From contig JAYEKV010000160.1 of NCBI GenBank assembly GCA_034716855.1, positions 1,926 through 65,925 of the forward strand: a DNA stretch of 64,000 bases, read 5' to 3'. Under the pieces are notes generated by a model. The model was not told the origin of the DNA. It saw nothing but the letters and a program-made list of their open reading frames with translations, and searched no databases. This document shows positions 29,271 to 39,636 of the stretch, in pieces. This stretch comes from Campylobacterota bacterium (GTDB taxonomy: Bacteria > Campylobacterota > Campylobacteria > Campylobacterales > Arcobacteraceae). How positions within the stretch are numbered: position 1 is the first letter of the stretch; each line of letters begins with the position of its first letter. A program made the position numbers and the translations under genes.

Positions 29271-29768
29271 ATGAAAAAACAAAGATTAGCAGTAACATTT
29301 ACAGGACCTTCAAATAGTGGAAAAACTACACTTATAGTTAAGCTCTCTACTTTACTTCAGAAAAAAGGGTATAAAGTTGCTATTATCAAACATGATCCAA
29401 AAGATAAAGCAATATTTGACAAAGAGGGAAAGGACAGCTATAAATTTACTAATACAGGTGCAGATGTAGCTGTTGTATCACCAAATAGAACTACTGTTTT
29501 TAAAAAAGAATCTTCATCAATTGATAATATTATATCAATGATGACAGATTTTGACTATTTATTGGTAGAGGGTTTAAAAACACTACCTCTTCCTAGAATA
29601 TGTGTACAACGAGAATCAATAAATGAAAAATATTTTGAGGTTACAGATACTATTGCCAGTGATAATACAATAGACAAAACAAAACTGCCTGAAGGTATGA
29701 CAACAATTGATCTAAATGATATTGAAGCCGTAATAAAATGGATAAACAAAAACGGTAAAAAAGTTTAA
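29271..29768 (+). CDS. mobB: Molybdopterin-guanine dinucleotide biosynthesis adaptor protein MobB
   Basis: 165 aa with P-loop [15 protein letters not shown], and LLVEG. Confidence 0.85.
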   Translation: MKKQRLAVTFTGPSNSGKTTLIVKLSTLLQKKGYKVAIIKHDPKDKAIFDKEGKDSYKFTNTGADVAVVSPNRTTVFKKESSSIDNIISMMTDFDYLLVEGLKTLPLPRICVQRESINEKYFEVTDTIASDNTIDKTKLPEGMTTIDLNDIEAVIKWINKNGKKV

Positions 29769-29782
29769 AAAGGATATATAAT

Positions 29783-30625
29783 ATGAATGAAATAATAGAA
29801 TCTATAAAAAAATCTACACTAGAGATAAAACAAATAATTGAAAAAGGTGATACAGGTAAAAGTGAAGAACAAAACTCTACAGGGGACACACAATTAAAAC
29901 TTGATATCGCCTCAGATGTAGTGATTGAAAAGAACTTTAAAGAGCTTTCTTGTGTAAAACAAATTGTAAGTGAAGAACAAGATAATATTGTAGATATTAA
30001 CTCAAATGGTGAATATCTAATAGCATATGATCCACTTGATGGAAGCAGTCTTGTAGATGTTAACCTATCTGTTGGATCTATATACGGTATATATAAGAAT
30101 GATTTTACAGGGAATAATATAGTTGCCTCTATCTATGTGGTATTTGGTCCAAAAGTTGAAATGGTTGTATGTGACGGATATAGTGTAAAATTATACCGAT
30201 TAAACAATAATGAATTTAACTATATAAAAGATATTAAAATGGATCAAAAAGGTTTTCTTAACTCTCCTGGGTCTACTCAACAGTGTTGGTATAAGCACCA
30301 TAAAGAGATGATAGAAGATATGTTCAATGACGGCTATATACTTACATACAGCGGAGGAATGGTTCCTGATCTTCACCATATACTACTAAAAGGCGGTGGT
30401 TTATTCTCATACCCAGGGGCTAGTGACAAACCAAAAGGTAAACTAAGACAGCTATTTGAGGTGTTCCCTTATGCACATGTTTTTGAAACTGCAGGAGGTA
30501 GTGCATCTGATGGAACAAGAAGAGTTTTAGAGATTGAAACTACACATATACATGATACAAGTCCATGTTTCTTTGGAAGCAATGATGAGATTAAAAGAGT
30601 TGAGTCAGTTTACAAAGCTCAATAA
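29783..30625 (+). CDS. fbp: Fructose-1,6-bisphosphatase, class 1 (short form)
   Basis: 280 aa with the YDPLDGSS metal-binding motif and [21 protein letters not shown]. Confidence 0.85.
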   Translation: MNEIIESIKKSTLEIKQIIEKGDTGKSEEQNSTGDTQLKLDIASDVVIEKNFKELSCVKQIVSEEQDNIVDINSNGEYLIAYDPLDGSSLVDVNLSVGSIYGIYKNDFTGNNIVASIYVVFGPKVEMVVCDGYSVKLYRLNNNEFNYIKDIKMDQKGFLNSPGSTQQCWYKHHKEMIEDMFNDGYILTYSGGMVPDLHHILLKGGGLFSYPGASDKPKGKLRQLFEVFPYAHVFETAGGSASDGTRRVLEIETTHIHDTSPCFFGSNDEIKRVESVYKAQ

Positions 30626-30627
30626 TT

Positions 30628-30825
30628 ATGGATAACACACAACAAGACAAGTGGGATATAGCATTAGATGCCCAACTTACAATTATAAAGCAGTGTCAAG
30701 AGCACAATAATATCAGTTCTTGTTTAGAATGTGATAAACTATTACAATGTGAAACAAGAGATAAATATGTTATAAATGTTTATGAAAGTATGAATAAAGG
30801 ATCAGGCGGAGGCTTTGAATTTTAA
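30628..30825 (+). CDS. Small Cys-rich hypothetical protein
   Basis: 65 aa with cysteine pattern C-x9-C-x2-C-x5-C. Starts 2 nt after the fbp stop. Confidence 0.5.
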   Translation: MDNTQQDKWDIALDAQLTIIKQCQEHNNISSCLECDKLLQCETRDKYVINVYESMNKGSGGGFEF

Positions 30826-30881
30826 ATTCGGAAAATTGTATACTTTTAACGGGGTTTTATTAATTAATTATATCTTTTATA

Positions 30882-30890
30882 TGATATAAT
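30882..30890 (+). promoter_or_regulatory. Candidate extended -10 promoter element (TGATATAAT) for the HDOD gene
   Basis: A perfect TGnTATAAT lies 34 nt upstream of the ATG in AT-rich DNA. Extended -10 promoters are typical of Campylobacterota. Confidence 0.4.
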
Positions 30891-30923
30891 TACTGAAATT
30901 TTAATTATCTATAGGAATATAAA

Positions 30924-31745
30924 ATGACTGAAGTATTATCAAAAAGAATAGATTCTTTACCACCATTACCAAAAACTATTATTGATCTGGAAGAGTTTAA
31001 AAAATCTACAAATAAAGATCTTGATCAATTAGTAAAGATTGTAGAGCAAGACCCATTAATTGTAGCTACTCTTCTTAAAGTGTCAAACTCTGCAATGTTT
31101 GGTTTTAACAATAAAGTAGAAACTGCAAGCAGAGCTATTAACCTTCTTGGTATTAATTTTACTTTATCTATTGCTTTTGGAAGTGCAATTAAAAATGCCT
31201 TTTCTACAGATCTTAAAGCTTATGGTTCTACATCTGACGGTTTCTTAAGACTTGCGAACATATCATCAAACTTACTAAGTTCATGGCTTGGGAGAATAGA
31301 CAATGAGCTTAAAGAAGAACTTGTACTACCTGCTTTCTTAATAGGAACTGGAAAATTTATACTATCTGGAATTGCTGGTGAAGAGAAGCAAGAAGATGAA
31401 TTCTTATCAAAGCTTAGAGAAAATCCTCTTAATATGCCTAATCTTGAAAAAGAATACTTTAATGCAACATCTACACAGGTTACATCTTCTATCTTTAAAC
31501 ACTGGAATCTAAGTGATAAATTAGTAAATATCATTGGATACACTGACAACCTAGAAAACTGTCCTGACAACTACCTAAAAGAAGCTCAAATACTTCATGT
31601 AATAAAAACTATTTGTAATATTACTGATCCTTTAGCAGATCAATTTGCTCAAGCTGGTATAGAAAAAGCTGAAGATTTTGGATTAGATACAAGAATGTTG
31701 GAAAAAGCTATAGAAAAAATGCAAGACAGGCTTTTAGACGAATAG
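30924..31745 (+). CDS. HDOD domain signalling protein
   Basis: 273 aa. LPPLPKTI, the ...DPLIVATLLKVSNSAMFG... region and the INLLGIN pattern are typical of HDOD. Confidence 0.85.
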   Translation: MTEVLSKRIDSLPPLPKTIIDLEEFKKSTNKDLDQLVKIVEQDPLIVATLLKVSNSAMFGFNNKVETASRAINLLGINFTLSIAFGSAIKNAFSTDLKAYGSTSDGFLRLANISSNLLSSWLGRIDNELKEELVLPAFLIGTGKFILSGIAGEEKQEDEFLSKLRENPLNMPNLEKEYFNATSTQVTSSIFKHWNLSDKLVNIIGYTDNLENCPDNYLKEAQILHVIKTICNITDPLADQFAQAGIEKAEDFGLDTRMLEKAIEKMQDRLLDE

Positions 31746-31760
31746 CCAATAAAAAGAGTT

Positions 31761-31786
31761 AAGAGCTTTATTTTATTAAAGCTCTT
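31761..31786. terminator. Bidirectional hairpin terminator between convergent genes
   Basis: 10-bp stem AAGAGCTTTA (31761-31770) / TAAAGCTCTT (31777-31786) with A/T runs on both sides. Overlaps the stop codon of the minus-strand gene. Confidence 0.65.
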
Positions 31787-32361
31787 ATTTTTTCTACTAC
31801 TGATTTCAAATTATCATTTATTTCACTCTGACTCATAGCACCTTCAATTGTACCTTTTTTTACTTTTCCATTACAAATCTTAGATATTAGACCGTTGGTA
31901 TCAACATAATAAACAAAATACTTTACGCTGTCGCTAGTTGGAACTTGTAGGAAATTTCTCATTGCACCATTCTTATCATATATCCAAGGTATGTGCTTAT
32001 CTCCTTTAAGTTCCGTGTTCTTTTTATGAGCCTGCCACTTTTTTATAAACCAAGGTGCATCTGAGATATTTGATACTATTATAAACTGACCTGCATCTAA
32101 TGAAAGCCTTTTTTCAAGTTCACCTGCCAATACTATTGACTCAAAATTACCGACATAGATTATAGAGTCAGGTTTTACTATACTCTTTGTGGTGAACTTT
32201 ATATCATCATCAAAACCTATAAGTTCTACAGATTCAGGTAAATTATCTAACTTTATCTCACCTTTAGTTATGGTTTTAGGAGGCTCTCCCGTTAATAATG
32301 TCAACCCTACAAGAATAACAACACTTAAAAATACTAATTTTAATACCGACATAAATTTCAT
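31768..32361 (-). CDS. Hypothetical exported or membrane-anchored protein
   Basis: 197 aa with an N-terminal signal or anchor helix (LKLVFLSVVILVGLTLL). Its start lies 1 nt from the stop of the upstream FAD oxidoreductase gene. Confidence 0.55.
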   Translation of the reverse strand: MKFMSVLKLVFLSVVILVGLTLLTGEPPKTITKGEIKLDNLPESVELIGFDDDIKFTTKSIVKPDSIIYVGNFESIVLAGELEKRLSLDAGQFIIVSNISDAPWFIKKWQAHKKNTELKGDKHIPWIYDKNGAMRNFLQVPTSDSVKYFVYYVDTNGLISKICNGKVKKGTIEGAMSQSEINDNLKSVVEKIRALIK

Positions 32362-32362
32362 T

Positions 32363-33478
32363 TTATTTTTTCCTTTTAACTTCTCTTATAAAGAGTCTAT
32401 CACAGGTTATATCATCATCTATAAAATCTTTGTTTACAATATGATCGACCAGCTTCTTAGATAAATATGGAGCTAATACAAAACCCCTGCCCCCAAGTCC
32501 ATTTAGTACAAAAAGATTTTTATACCTTGTAAATCTATCCCTTGGAACATGCGTTCCTTTTTTCATATAGGGAAACTCTTCTAATGTTTTATTACTATCT
32601 ATTAATTTACCTACAATTGGAAGATAGTCAACACTAGAAGCTCTTGCCCCACTATATGTATCCAAAACTTCAATATCTTTAAGATCAACTATTTGTGAAG
32701 CTTTTTGTAGTAGTTCATCTATATCTTTTTGAATATCTAAAGAGTTGCCAACATCCCTATGATGTGTAGCACCGATAGAAACCTTATATCTATTTTCTAT
32801 ATGGTAAGGAAAGCTTTTAGATATAGAACATTCCTTATGGTAATTATAATCAAGTTTTGTAGATGTGAGACTATCAATCCTTCTTCCCCATACACCTCTT
32901 ATATTAAAATAGAACTCATCTATCAAATCAATATCAGCACCTGTAGTTAAAATAAGATTATTGGCAGTTATTTGGTCATTTAAAAGCCATTTGTCTTCTT
33001 TTAAAACAATATCATTTACCTCATATTCAAACTCAGTATATATGCCGTCATTTAAATTTAACATCATATTACATATTTTTGAACTATCTACCACGGATGC
33101 ATCCTGAAAGAAATAACCATCATCTTTTTTCTTAAACTCAAAATCCATATAAGGGATATAAGTTTCAAACTTAGAGGCATCTATTGTATCTTTTGGTATT
33201 CGTACTGTGCCACATGATGATATAGCATCTGGAAAATTTTCATTATAAAGTTTTGTTGAATATTTTAAAGCTTCTGTTACAAGGTCTTTAAATCTATTTG
33301 GCTTACCAAGTAATGGTGACAGAAAAGCTCCTGCCGCCCCTGAAGCCCCAAAAGCTTCTTTTGGCTGTTTATCAATAATAAGTATATTATCTGAATATTT
33401 GCTAAGTTCGTAAGCTACACTACAGCCACCGATACCGGCTCCGATTATCACATAATCATAACTGTAGTTTTTTGACAT
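32363..33478 (-). CDS. FAD-dependent oxidoreductase (DAO family; MnmC oxidoreductase-domain-like)
   Basis: 371 aa with an N-terminal dinucleotide-binding motif (YDYVIIGAGIGGCS). Abuts the glyS stop. Confidence 0.8.
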   Translation of the reverse strand: MSKNYSYDYVIIGAGIGGCSVAYELSKYSDNILIIDKQPKEAFGASGAAGAFLSPLLGKPNRFKDLVTEALKYSTKLYNENFPDAISSCGTVRIPKDTIDASKFETYIPYMDFEFKKKDDGYFFQDASVVDSSKICNMMLNLNDGIYTEFEYEVNDIVLKEDKWLLNDQITANNLILTTGADIDLIDEFYFNIRGVWGRRIDSLTSTKLDYNYHKECSISKSFPYHIENRYKVSIGATHHRDVGNSLDIQKDIDELLQKASQIVDLKDIEVLDTYSGARASSVDYLPIVGKLIDSNKTLEEFPYMKKGTHVPRDRFTRYKNLFVLNGLGGRGFVLAPYLSKKLVDHIVNKDFIDDDITCDRLFIREVKRKK

Positions 33479-35503
33479 CTATATAGTGATCTCTTTGATA
33501 TCGGATATAGTTCGAAATGAATTATACACTATACCGATAAGGTTTTTTCTGTTTCTTCTTATCTTTTCATCTTCATGATTTACAAATACATTATCAAAGA
33601 AGCTGTCAAGCTCTGGTTTTAAAGCAAATAGAGCATCTAACTCTTCATCAAATGTTGTATAGGACTTAGATGTAATATCTTTGAACTTGCTATACAATAC
33701 CTTCTCTTCTTCATCACTAAATAATGACTCATCTACTGTTAGTATATTATCCATCTCTAAGTCTTTAACAATATTTGCAACTCTTTTGAATGTTGCACTA
33801 ATATTTTTAAATTCACTGCTCGAAGTTATTGGTTCAAGAGCTTCTATCTTTAACATAATATTTAAGATGTCATTTCTTCCTGTACTATTTAATACAGCCT
33901 TGATAATACTCGGATTTACTTTATTGTAAAGCTTATATAATCTTTCATTTAAGAACTCTACTAACTGCTCTTTATTTAGGTTGTTATAATTTTTTACAGT
34001 TCTATCAATTATACTGTTAATATCTAAATGTAGTTTATGTTCATAACAAATTTTAAAGATACCAGCTGCTGAACGCCTAAGAGCAAAAGGGTCTCTACTT
34101 CCCGTAGGCAGCATCCCTACACTAAACAGACCCATAAGATTATCAAGTTTATTAGATAAGGCAACAACACAACTGAAAGTATTTGAAGGAAGTTCACTAT
34201 CTTCACCATTTGGAAGATATTGTTCTTTTATTGCTGTAGCTACAAGTTTATCTCTATTTTCTTTTTGTGCATAGTAATATCCCATAGTTCCTTGAAGTTC
34301 CGTAAACTCATAAACCATATCCGTAAGTAGATCTGCTTTACTTAGCATAACTGCTTCATTGATTAACTCTTTCTCGTCAGACATATCAAAATCATCGGCA
34401 ATAAGAGAAGCTATATTAGCTTCTCTCTCACATTTATCATACATACTTCCTAGGTTCTCAACAAAACTTACTTTTTTTAAGCCTTCGTTTTGAAGTCCAT
34501 TTTTAATATCATTGTTCCAGAAGAACATACCATCTGCAAGTCTTGGCCTTAGAACTTTTTCATTTCCTGCAACAATATGTGAAAAGTCTTTAGTATATGA
34601 ATTAGATACAACTATAAACTTATTTGTGATCTTTCCATCTTTATATACGGCAAAATATCTTTGGTGCTCTTTCATCGAACCTATAATAACTTCATCAGGA
34701 AGTTCTAGGAACTCCTCATCAAAATTACCTAAAAGGGCAGTAGGATATTCTGTAATTGCGACAACTTCATCTAAAAGCTCTTCATCTATCTCAATTTTAA
34801 GGTCATTTTCTTTTTCTATAATAGACATTTGCTCAAGAATTGTTTTTCTTCTTTCAGCAGGGTAAAGAACTACACCATGCTTATCAAGCTTACAGAAATA
34901 ATCACCGGCAAAATCAAAATCAAACGGTTCATAAGATACCATTCTATGACCAAAACTTGATCTAGATGATTCTACTCCAAACAGTTCACCTGAAACTACA
35001 TCATCTCCAAGAACTATACTAAGTCCTCTTATTGGTCTAATAAAGCTGTCTGATCTGCTTCCCCATCTCATAGATTTACCAAAATTAAGTTTTGAAATAA
35101 ATTCATTTACCATATCATTTAAAAGATCACTGGAATTTTTACCAGCTACAGTTTTTTTATGATAAAGGAACTCATCATTACCTTTTTTCTCAACTTGCAG
35201 ATCTTTTGGATCGATACCGCATTTTTTTGCAAAACCTATAGCAGCTGGAGTTAATTCTCCATCTTTATAAGCTATTCTTAAAGGTGCACCCCACTGTTCT
35301 ACCTCTTTGTCATCTTGGGAAAGTTTAAATTCTCTATGCCAAAAAACTAATCTTCTTGGTGTATAATAAAAACTAAACTCACATAATAGATCGTTATCCT
35401 GTAATATATCTGACCACTTTTTTTCTATATTAGGAAGTTCTTTTAAAAATGGAATTGCCGGTAACTCTTCTACTACGATCTCTACTAATAACGGTTTAAT
35501 CAT
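33479..35503 (-). CDS. glyS: Glycine--tRNA ligase beta subunit
   Basis: GlyS-type sequence throughout (LLVEIVVEELPA, TPRRL, GTMGYYYA, RDPFALRR). Start placed at MIKPLL (ATG at 35503) rather than the track start at 35554. Confidence 0.95.
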   Translation of the reverse strand: MIKPLLVEIVVEELPAIPFLKELPNIEKKWSDILQDNDLLCEFSFYYTPRRLVFWHREFKLSQDDKEVEQWGAPLRIAYKDGELTPAAIGFAKKCGIDPKDLQVEKKGNDEFLYHKKTVAGKNSSDLLNDMVNEFISKLNFGKSMRWGSRSDSFIRPIRGLSIVLGDDVVSGELFGVESSRSSFGHRMVSYEPFDFDFAGDYFCKLDKHGVVLYPAERRKTILEQMSIIEKENDLKIEIDEELLDEVVAITEYPTALLGNFDEEFLELPDEVIIGSMKEHQRYFAVYKDGKITNKFIVVSNSYTKDFSHIVAGNEKVLRPRLADGMFFWNNDIKNGLQNEGLKKVSFVENLGSMYDKCEREANIASLIADDFDMSDEKELINEAVMLSKADLLTDMVYEFTELQGTMGYYYAQKENRDKLVATAIKEQYLPNGEDSELPSNTFSCVVALSNKLDNLMGLFSVGMLPTGSRDPFALRRSAAGIFKICYEHKLHLDINSIIDRTVKNYNNLNKEQLVEFLNERLYKLYNKVNPSIIKAVLNSTGRNDILNIMLKIEALEPITSSSEFKNISATFKRVANIVKDLEMDNILTVDESLFSDEEEKVLYSKFKDITSKSYTTFDEELDALFALKPELDSFFDNVFVNHEDEKIRRNRKNLIGIVYNSFRTISDIKEITI

Positions 35504-35660
35504 CTTGCTGCTGTCCCTTTGATTGATTTTCTTCTTTTGTGTTTGATTTTTCAAGCTTTTGTTTATGTTTTTCTACCTGAGTTTCGTTCATACCTCTTAT
35601 AAATATAAACAGGATGAATATAAATCCACCCCAAACAATTATGTCCAATATCTCTTTCAT
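35496..35660 (-). CDS. Small single-TM protein (54 aa), not in the ORF track
   Basis: My own translation is MKEILDIIVWGGFIFILFIFIRGMNETQVEKHKQKLEKSNTKEENQSKGQQQDD. The stop overlaps the glyS ATG (GATGATTAA). Confidence 0.4.
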   Translation of the reverse strand: MKEILDIIVWGGFIFILFIFIRGMNETQVEKHKQKLEKSNTKEENQSKGQQQDD

Positions 35661-35718
35661 CTATATCTCATTTTTATTATATAATAGTTGCGATTATACT
35701 CAAAAAGTACTTTTAAGC

Positions 35719-36090
35719 TTATAAGAGAAGTTTTTTGAACACTACACCGTCAATATTTTTTAAGGCATACTGTTCTATCTCATCTTCTGATTCTACAATT
35801 GCCAATATCTTTGAATCAAAAAGATAGTTTTCTGCACATTTTTGAGTATCTCCCAGGATAGAAGATACAGGCAGTATATATTTTGCTTTTAAAGCATTTG
35901 CATATATTGATTCTTTCAAAGAGGATATATTAACGGCATATTGTATCTCATTTTGAGCACAGTAACTCATCAATTTTTTATCATACTCAAAACAAAGCGT
36001 TGAGTTTGACTTTGTATTTTTAATGTCATCAATTGTTTTAATTGACTCTATTGGCTCATATGGTATAAATTCATCACCTAAAATGATCAT
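35719..36090 (-). CDS. Hypothetical protein
   Basis: 123-aa ORF in an operon-like array with the zinc-ribbon protein and rsmG. No motif recognised. Confidence 0.5.
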   Translation of the reverse strand: MIILGDEFIPYEPIESIKTIDDIKNTKSNSTLCFEYDKKLMSYCAQNEIQYAVNISSLKESIYANALKAKYILPVSSILGDTQKCAENYLFDSKILAIVESEDEIEQYALKNIDGVVFKKLLL

Positions 36091-36102
36091 GTAAAATTCC
36101 TT

Positions 36103-36318
36103 TTAACCTTTTAAACACTCTTTAGAACAATAGTATTTACCATTACTCAGTATTGCATCATCTTTTGATGTATATGTTCCACACTTAGGACACTCTACAA
36201 GAGTATCTGTTATTTGATCATACTTTGTATCTTTAATATTTTTTTCTCTATTCTTCTTAAAAAATACAATATAAACTAAAAATAATACGGCACCAACCGC
36301 CAAAACTTTAAATATCAT
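36103..36318 (-). CDS. Small membrane-anchored zinc-ribbon protein (PP0621-family-like)
   Basis: 71 aa with an N-terminal TM helix and a C-terminal CPKC...YCSKEC motif. Confidence 0.6.
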   Translation of the reverse strand: MIFKVLAVGAVLFLVYIVFFKKNREKNIKDTKYDQITDTLVECPKCGTYTSKDDAILSNGKYYCSKECLKG

Positions 36319-36319
36319 C

Positions 36320-36913
36320 TTAAAATAAACCTTTTCTTTTCATATATAAATAATTTCTGTGATCGCCTCTTTTTATAACTTCATAATTATCAAGTTTAGC
36401 ATCTGAAACTTCCTCTTCACATAAACTTCCTTTGTAAAAAAGGTATTCAGTATCATTACCGCTTATATTATTAGTCAAACTCAATAAAAAAGAGGTGTTA
36501 GTAACAGCCCTGCTTGTAATTATATCAAAACTAGAAGGAGGCATATTCTCAACTCTGTTTTGAACAACTTCTACATTAGGTAACTTCAAAGCATTTTTAA
36601 CAAAATTTAAAAATGCCACCCTTTTAGCTTTTGGTTCAACTAAAGAGATTTTAGCCTCAGGTCTGGCAATTGCTAAGATCATCCCAGGATACCCTGCCCC
36701 AGTTCCAATATCTGCTAATGTATCAAAACTGTTCATAAACTTTAAAGGATAAATACTATCTAATATATTCTCTTCTATCTGTTCTTTTGTTAATTGTGCT
36801 GTTAAACTGTGTACGGCACCCCATTGTTGCAAAAGAGATATAAACTGATCACATCTTACATAGAACTGTTCATCAAATTCAAGCCCTATATTTTTTAATT
36901 TTTTACTTAACAC
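36320..36913 (-). CDS. rsmG: 16S rRNA (guanine527-N7)-methyltransferase RsmG
   Basis: 197 aa with the SAM-binding motif DIGTGAGYPG and GidB-like length and layout. Confidence 0.9.
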   Translation of the reverse strand: MLSKKLKNIGLEFDEQFYVRCDQFISLLQQWGAVHSLTAQLTKEQIEENILDSIYPLKFMNSFDTLADIGTGAGYPGMILAIARPEAKISLVEPKAKRVAFLNFVKNALKLPNVEVVQNRVENMPPSSFDIITSRAVTNTSFLLSLTNNISGNDTEYLFYKGSLCEEEVSDAKLDNYEVIKRGDHRNYLYMKRKGLF

Positions 36914-36925
36914 TTTGAGATCCTC

Positions 36926-37486
36926 TTATAAAAGATGTTCCATCTTCTCTTTTTTGACTTGTAAATAGTTTTTATTTTTATCAGTGACACCAACTTGTAC
37001 AGGTATTCTATCAACTATTTTAGCTTTTGTACCTTTTAGCTTGGCAGGATTGTTTGTCATAAGTTTTATCTCTTTTATCTTAAAATATTCTAATATAAAA
37101 TCAACTATATCATAAGTTCTTTGATCACTTCCAAATCCTAGTTGATGATTTGCTTCAACCGTATCAAACCCTTTATCTTGAAGATTATAAGCATTTACTT
37201 TGTTTAAGAGTCCTATATCTCGTCCCTCTTGTCGTAAGTATATTACCATGCCACCATTTTTTGATATATAATCCAACGCATAGTTTAATTGTGCCTGACA
37301 GTCACACTTTATACTTCCTATAGCATCACCGGTTAGACATTCACTGTGTATTCGTACAACAGGTGAAGGATCAAGATCTTTAGTATAAATCACAAGATGC
37401 TCTTTAATACCCTCTTTAAATGATCGTATTAAAAAATCCCCATGTGTAGTTGGAAGGTTTGCTACTTCAGATACTTCTATATTCAT
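36926..37486 (-). CDS. ribA: GTP cyclohydrolase II
   Basis: 186 aa with RIHSECLTGD, the CDC zinc ligands and YLRQEGRDIGL. Confidence 0.9.
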   Translation of the reverse strand: MNIEVSEVANLPTTHGDFLIRSFKEGIKEHLVIYTKDLDPSPVVRIHSECLTGDAIGSIKCDCQAQLNYALDYISKNGGMVIYLRQEGRDIGLLNKVNAYNLQDKGFDTVEANHQLGFGSDQRTYDIVDFILEYFKIKEIKLMTNNPAKLKGTKAKIVDRIPVQVGVTDKNKNYLQVKKEKMEHLL

Positions 37487-37631
37487 AATATCAATAATTC
37501 CTAGTTCTATAAATTAGTTTGGATTATATCTAAATAGATTTAAAACAATTTAATTTCATTAAAATATCAATGAATTTAAGCGGATATAGTAAATCTACCG
37601 AACTAAAAAGTTCTTTAGTATAATGTTTTGG

Positions 37632-39620
37632 TTATTTAATATTAACAATAGGTAAACTAATAGTAAATATTGCTCCATCTTTACCATTTACAACATCTAT
37701 ATCACCGTCCATATGATTTCTAATAATATCAAAGCTCATATGAAGCCCAAGTCCTGTACCATCATCACCTTTTGTTGTAAAATATTGATCAAATATTTTA
37801 TTTATGATACTCTCTTGAATACCACCGGCATTATCCTCTATGGTTATATGTACCATATCGTTTTTTACATAACTATCTAAAATAATCATCCCATTTTTTA
37901 TATTATTGGCTAAAAGTGCATCTTTTGCATTAGTTATTATATTTATAAATACTTGAAGCACTTCATCTGCAATTACATTGATAGTTATACCTTTTCTACA
38001 GTTTTTATTTCTTATATTAATGTTATTGTCAAGCAAACTTGGTTTTATGATCTCCATAGTGTATTCTATAATACTATTTAAACTATGTTTTTTTAATACT
38101 TTATCACCTTTTATAAATTCTCTAAATGTAGTGATCGTGTCAGCAAGATATTTTACATTGGTAAGAATACTATTTGTTGTTTCTTCAAAATAATCATCTG
38201 TTAATATATCAAGGTCCTTTTGTACCTGAATAGATGTCATAGCAACACTGATTCCATTTAAAGGTTGTCTCCACTGATGTGCAATATTTCCAAGCATATC
38301 ACCCATTTGAGCCATTTTTCTTTGTTCTGTGAGCATAGTTTCTTGTCTTTTTAATATCTCCTGCTCTCTTTTTATACTTTTTGTCAAGTCATCGTTTAAA
38401 GTACTCAATTCATTTGAAGTTACATTTATCAGATGAGATAAAGCTTTAGATGACAAAGTATGTAAATCAAGATGCGATGACTCTTCAACTATATCTTTCA
38501 CAGATATATTATCTGTTTCACTTAATGCAAGAACTGTCATAGTTTGATTCATTAATTCTACAGATGATTTATTACAATTTGTAAAGAATTCACCATAGGT
38601 AAAAAAGCCCGCCGTATCAGCTATTTTACTAAAAGGTTCAATCTCATTAGAAGCTAAATGATTCATAAATCTTCTTCTTGCCATGCAAGAATATATAAAA
38701 ATAGACTCAACAGGTATATCTTTTAACTTATTTGGTATATCTATTGAACTGTTTAATATTAGTTCATTATTACCGTAACCAAATCTTACCTTATCTCCAT
38801 TATGGATATCTCCTGCAAATCTTAAAGCACCTTCACTACCGACACCTGTAACAGCCCTTGCAATGTTAATACCGTCTCTTTGAATAATTAAAGGAAATTC
38901 TATACCAATAACAGGGAGCTTTGCAGCTACATCATCACCAAGGTAATACTTGTAAGTATCATAAGCAGACATTTTATCAATTGTATATACAATATTATCT
39001 TTTGACGATGTAATGTTAAGTTCTTTCCCTATTGGCTCCCAATTAAAATTATAATCAGTAAAAACATTTAGTTGTCCGTTTAGACTAACAGCAACTGCAC
39101 CTTTTGTTATAATCTCATCTTTTGTAAAAACAAATGTTTCCACAAAAGATGAATTATCTCCTGAAAGACCACCTGATATAACTACATCTTTATTTTCTTG
39201 TTTCAGTCCCAATAAAAATTGTTCACCGTCTATATTTAATCCATCTGCAAAAGATATTACAACTTTCGTATCATTTTGAATTATTTTTTCTGACAATTTG
39301 ATCCCAAGATCCCTAGAACTCAAGTTTTTATCATTTATATAATTACATTTGCATTTTACATTTTGGAATTTAGTTATACTGATTACTGTTTTTGTGATTG
39401 AAACTTTATCTTGAAGAATTTCACCGTCTGTAGTAGAACCGATTATTACGGCATTTGGGATCAAAGAGTTTATATCTTTTAACATTGCAGATATAAACTC
39501 TTTATTTATTACACCTGTAAATATTTGTATAAATAATTCATCATTGGTATCAAACCCCTCTTCTTTAAAGAAGTCCTCTAATAAATCTATGGAATTATAA
39601 TATGTATTTACAGTTTTCAT
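37632..39620 (-). CDS. FIST-domain sensor histidine kinase
   Basis: 662 aa with an N-terminal FIST_N/FIST_C-like region, a coiled coil, the H-box NIAHQWRQPLN and HATPase motifs (DNAGGI, GTGLGL). Confidence 0.85.
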   Translation of the reverse strand: MKTVNTYYNSIDLLEDFFKEEGFDTNDELFIQIFTGVINKEFISAMLKDINSLIPNAVIIGSTTDGEILQDKVSITKTVISITKFQNVKCKCNYINDKNLSSRDLGIKLSEKIIQNDTKVVISFADGLNIDGEQFLLGLKQENKDVVISGGLSGDNSSFVETFVFTKDEIITKGAVAVSLNGQLNVFTDYNFNWEPIGKELNITSSKDNIVYTIDKMSAYDTYKYYLGDDVAAKLPVIGIEFPLIIQRDGINIARAVTGVGSEGALRFAGDIHNGDKVRFGYGNNELILNSSIDIPNKLKDIPVESIFIYSCMARRRFMNHLASNEIEPFSKIADTAGFFTYGEFFTNCNKSSVELMNQTMTVLALSETDNISVKDIVEESSHLDLHTLSSKALSHLINVTSNELSTLNDDLTKSIKREQEILKRQETMLTEQRKMAQMGDMLGNIAHQWRQPLNGISVAMTSIQVQKDLDILTDDYFEETTNSILTNVKYLADTITTFREFIKGDKVLKKHSLNSIIEYTMEIIKPSLLDNNINIRNKNCRKGITINVIADEVLQVFINIITNAKDALLANNIKNGMIILDSYVKNDMVHITIEDNAGGIQESIINKIFDQYFTTKGDDGTGLGLHMSFDIIRNHMDGDIDVVNGKDGAIFTISLPIVNIK

Positions 39621-39636
39621 TGATTACAAATAATCT

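Noticed and set aside
35504-35554. N-terminal extension of glyS
   Set aside because: The Lys/Gln-rich extension is atypical. The internal MIKPLLVEI start matches GlyS and is coupled to the stop of a small upstream ORF.
37487-37631. Possible FMN riboswitch upstream of ribA
   Set aside because: The 145-bp spacer lacks the conserved FMN-element sequence blocks as far as I can recognise them. Only a TATAAT-like -10 (complement of 37523-37528) is visible.
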